64,000 nucleotides of DNA from an uncultured delta proteobacterium. Lineage in GTDB: Bacteria > Myxococcota_A > Polyangia > Polyangiales > Polyangiaceae. This document shows, one piece after another, positions 60,613-64,000 of this stretch. Both the position numbers and the translations under genes were made by a program. The notes under the pieces are model-generated. The model worked only from the letters and a program-made list of their open reading frames with translations. It was not told the DNA's origin and did no database searches. The first letter of the stretch is position 1; every line of letters starts with the position of its first letter. Where the stretch lies: contig CAWDXG010000004.1 in NCBI GenBank assembly GCA_963806225.1, forward strand, positions 3,200,001 through 3,264,000. Direction: 5' to 3'.

Positions 60613-63600
60613 ATGGCCAAGGACAACAAGTTCGGGACGTTCGGCGGCGTCTTCACGCCGTCGATCCTGACCATCCTCGGCGTCATCATGTACCTGCGCC
60701 TGCCCTGGGTGGTGGGCAACGCGGGTCTGTACGCCGCGCTCGGCATCATCGGCCGTCGCGCACGTCATCTCGGTGTGCACGGGGCTCAGCATCTCGTCGA
60801 TCGCGACGGACAAGAACGTCGGCGCAGGCGGCCCCTACTACATCGTGTCGCGCAGCCTGGGGCTGCCCATCGGCGGCACGCTGGGTCTGGCGCTGTTCCT
60901 GGGGCTCGCCTTCAGCATCAGCCTGTACGTGATCGGCTTCTCCGAGAGCTTCCTCGGAACGCTGCACATCGGCGCTACTCCGGCGGCGATCCGCATCTGC
61001 GGCACCATCACGATCCTGGCGCTGACGATCGTCACGCTCATCAGCACGGCGCTCGCGATCAAGACGCAGTACCTGATCCTGACGCTGATCGGGCTGTCGC
61101 TCCTGTCCGTGTTCCTCGGCCATCCGGCGGCAGCCGCAGCCGCGGCCGCGCCGCACCTGCAGCCCGCCGCGAACGGCGCGTCGGTGGCGGTCGTTTTCGG
61201 CGTGTTCTTCCCGGCGGTCACCGGCTTCACCGCCGGCGTCAACATGTCGGGCGACCTGCAGAATCCCAAGGCGTCGATCCCGAAGGGCACGCTGCTGGCG
61301 ATCGGCGTGGGCCTGGTCGTGTACGTCGGCCTCGCGGTGTTCCTGGCGTACCGCGTCAACCCGAAGCTGCTGCTCGACTGACACCCAGATTCTGCAGAAG
61401 GTCGCGCTCTACGGCCCGCTCGTCGTCGCCGGCATCTGGGGCGCCACGCTGTCGTCCGCGCTCGGCAGCATCCTCGGCGCGCCGCGCATCCTGCAGGCCG
61501 TGTCGGTCGACCGCATCACGCCACGCGTTTTTCGCCCAGGGCCACGGCAAGGCCAACGAGCCGCGCAACGCGCTGCTGCTGGCGTTCGCGATCGGCGAAG
61601 CGGGCATCCTGATCGCCGAGCTCGACGCCATCGCGCGCATCGTGTCGATGGTGTTCCTCGCGACGTACGGCTTCTTGAACCTGAGCTGCGCGATCGAGAG
61701 CTGGGCCAGCCCCGACTTCCGCCCCTCTTTCCGGATCCCGAAGTCCGTCAGCGTGATCGGCGCGGTCACCTGCCTACTGGTGATGATCCAGCTCGACCTG
61801 CTGGCGATGTTCGGCGCCACGCGCGCTGATGGCGGGGCTGTTCGCCTATCTCAAGCGACGGCAGCTCACGCTCGATTCCGGGCGACACCTGGGAGGGGAT
61901 CTGGTCGTCGCTGGTGCGGTCCGGGCTGTACCGGCTGAGCCGCGAGACCAGCCAGCAGCGCAACTGGCGCCCCAACATCCTGATGTTCTCGAGTAGCGAC
62001 GGCGGCTCGCGCACGGCGCTGCGCGGCTTCGCGGCGGCGCTCATCAGCGGCAACGGCATCCTCACCGACTTCGATCTGGTGGGACCGGAGCGGCGGTCCG
62101 CTCCGGAAGCCGGTCAGGAAGAGCCCGCAGCGGAGAAGAACGCGTCGGCATCTTCAACCGGCGTCTGCCGACGGACGACCCCTACGACGCGATCGAGAAC
62201 GTCTGCCGCTACCACGGGTTCGCAGGGCTCGAGCCCAACACCGTGTTCATGGACTGGACCGGTCTCCGGCGGGACGAGGCGCGCTTCAGCGCGCTGCTCG
62301 ACTCGCTGGGCGAGCTCGACTTCAACGTGCTGCTCTTCTCGCGCCGCAGCGACGCAGCCACGCCGGCCAAGCCGCGCATCGACGTCTGGTGGCGGCAGGG
62401 AGCGGGGAATCTGCAGCTCAGCCTGTCGCTGCTCAGGTTCATCACCTCGGGCAGTCCGTGGAACGAGGCCGAGCTGCGCTTCGTGCTGCTCAGCGGGGAC
62501 AGCGCCAACAACGACTACCTCAGGACCACGACGCGCCGCTTCCTGAGGAGCTCGCGCGTGGAGGCGGCTATCCGCGTGGTCAATCCCGGCCCCGACGACG
62601 AAGGGTTCGAGGATCGGGTGCGGGAAGAGTCGATGGACGCCGCACTGACGATCCTGGGACTGCCGGAACAGCGGAGGCTCGGACGGCGGCGAGCAGGCGC
62701 AGATCGCGCGCTTGATGCAGGCGCTGCCGGCAACGCTCCTGATGCGCGCTTCATCGCAGTTCGAGGAGGTACTCTCGCCGAGTCGCCCGGCGGCCATCTC
62801 GTTCTTGCCGCCCATGGAAGCCGACGGCCAGCCCGCCGAGCTGCCGATGCTCGAGCTACCCGACGCGCCGGATCTCGTTGCGTCTGGCGTCATCCATGGC
62901 CGAACGACTGCAGACGCTCGCAGGCAGCTTCCACGAGCAGTGCCTGGCGCGCGTCTACGCCGAGGACATCAAGCTGGTGCGCCAGGTCAAGAGCGTCATG
63001 GAGCGCCACTTCGGCCTGCTCGAGAAGGGGCTCTCGGGGGCGAACCCGCGCCGCCAGCACAACGTCGTGAACCGGGTGCAGAGCTCTTTCCTGATGGACT
63101 GCCAGGAGCTGCTCGGCGAGTTCGAGAACAAGGTCCTGCCCGACCAGCAGAGCGTGCTCGAGGGCCGCATCGAAGCGTTCCTCGAGGACGAGACGATCAT
63201 CGAGCCTGATCAGCAGGAAGTCGTCGTCCAGCGCAACGCCGCCGACTTCCGCGCCGACAAGGACGATTCGGCCTACATCCGGGGCTTCAAGCGCCGCCGC
63301 CGGCTAGTCGCCTGGCTCAAACGCACGCCCATCACCTACCCGATACCGCGCGCTCTGCTGGGGCGCTGGTATTTCGAGCGTGCCGTCAAGGAGCTCCTGT
63401 CCGAGCGCCTCCGCGGCTACCTGACCGACAGCCACCAACTCGCGGTGCGGCTCGGCAAGCTGCTCAACTCGTCGCGAACCAGCCTGACGTTGATCGGCAA
63501 CCAGGTGGCCGGCGCAGAGGCGCTCGACGAGTTCCTGGCAGAACAGAAGCGCCGCACCCTCGAGCACCTCGAGGAGCTGGTGACGCGCGAGAAGCAGCAC

Positions 63601-64000
63601 GTCGCGCGCCACCAGTGGTCCGCGCTGGTAACCGCCAGGACCCTGGCGCAGGCGTTCACGGATGACATCCTGCGGCTGGACGTGCGCCCGCTCGCACAGC
63701 GCGAACGCAAGGTCAAAAAAGACGCCGAGGCCCTGCACGACGAGCTCGGGGAGCTTCCCGAACAGTGGCTCGAAAACCAGAAGCTGCTCGTGCAGCGGGC
63801 GCGCCTGGGGCTGGTGGTCTCTTCCTTCCAGCATCGCTTTGCCACCCTCGCGCAGCGCGAGAAGGAAGCGATGCTGCTGTCGATCAAGAACGGAGCGCTC
63901 AGCGAGTGCGAAGCGGTCGACAAGAAGCTGGTCGCATTCATGGAAGACGTCGCCTCGAATGGCGCCGCCGACGCCAAGCGGCTCAAGCTGCACCTGGACA
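60613..64000 (+). CDS. SLC12/cation-chloride-cotransporter-like permease with long C-terminal extension; multiply frameshifted, partial
   Basis: FGTFGGVFTPSILTILGVIMYLR, GGPYYIVSRSLG, FFPAVTGFTAG..SGDL, RNWRPNIL found in successive frames; open to the window end. Confidence 0.8.

Overview
High-GC bacterial DNA; the gene content (Gly/Ser-linker Cys-rich lipoproteins, an orphan fliO-fliP pair, MopE-like repeat proteins) suggests Myxococcota, probably Polyangiaceae-like (inference). The flanks are mostly housekeeping: lysC, a degraded IS481, fliO/fliP, a GldA/F/G-like ABC operon, pheT and pckA on the left; a clpB paralog, grxC, pilD, a phosphomannomutase, prmC and two heavily frameshifted genes on the right. 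The centre (about 17.4-51.3 kb) is a ~34 kb His-Xaa-Ser (Hxs) RiPP-type locus. It contains a 100-aa precursor ending HCS-(HGS)14-W, two tandem HxsD-like genes and 12 radical SAM genes carrying about 15 rSAM domains (three tandem double-rSAM proteins, two B12-type, one with a CX24CX2C motif, one SPL-like). Further tailoring genes are a methyltransferase, a carbamoyltransferase with an SxtJ/K-like fusion and SGNH protein, Rieske and PhyH oxygenases, Gfo/Idh/MocA domains and a possible prenyltransferase-like protein. An apparently unnamed ~85-aa domain recurs in five of the rSAMs and once as a standalone protein. All family calls come from motif recognition by eye; no searches were run.
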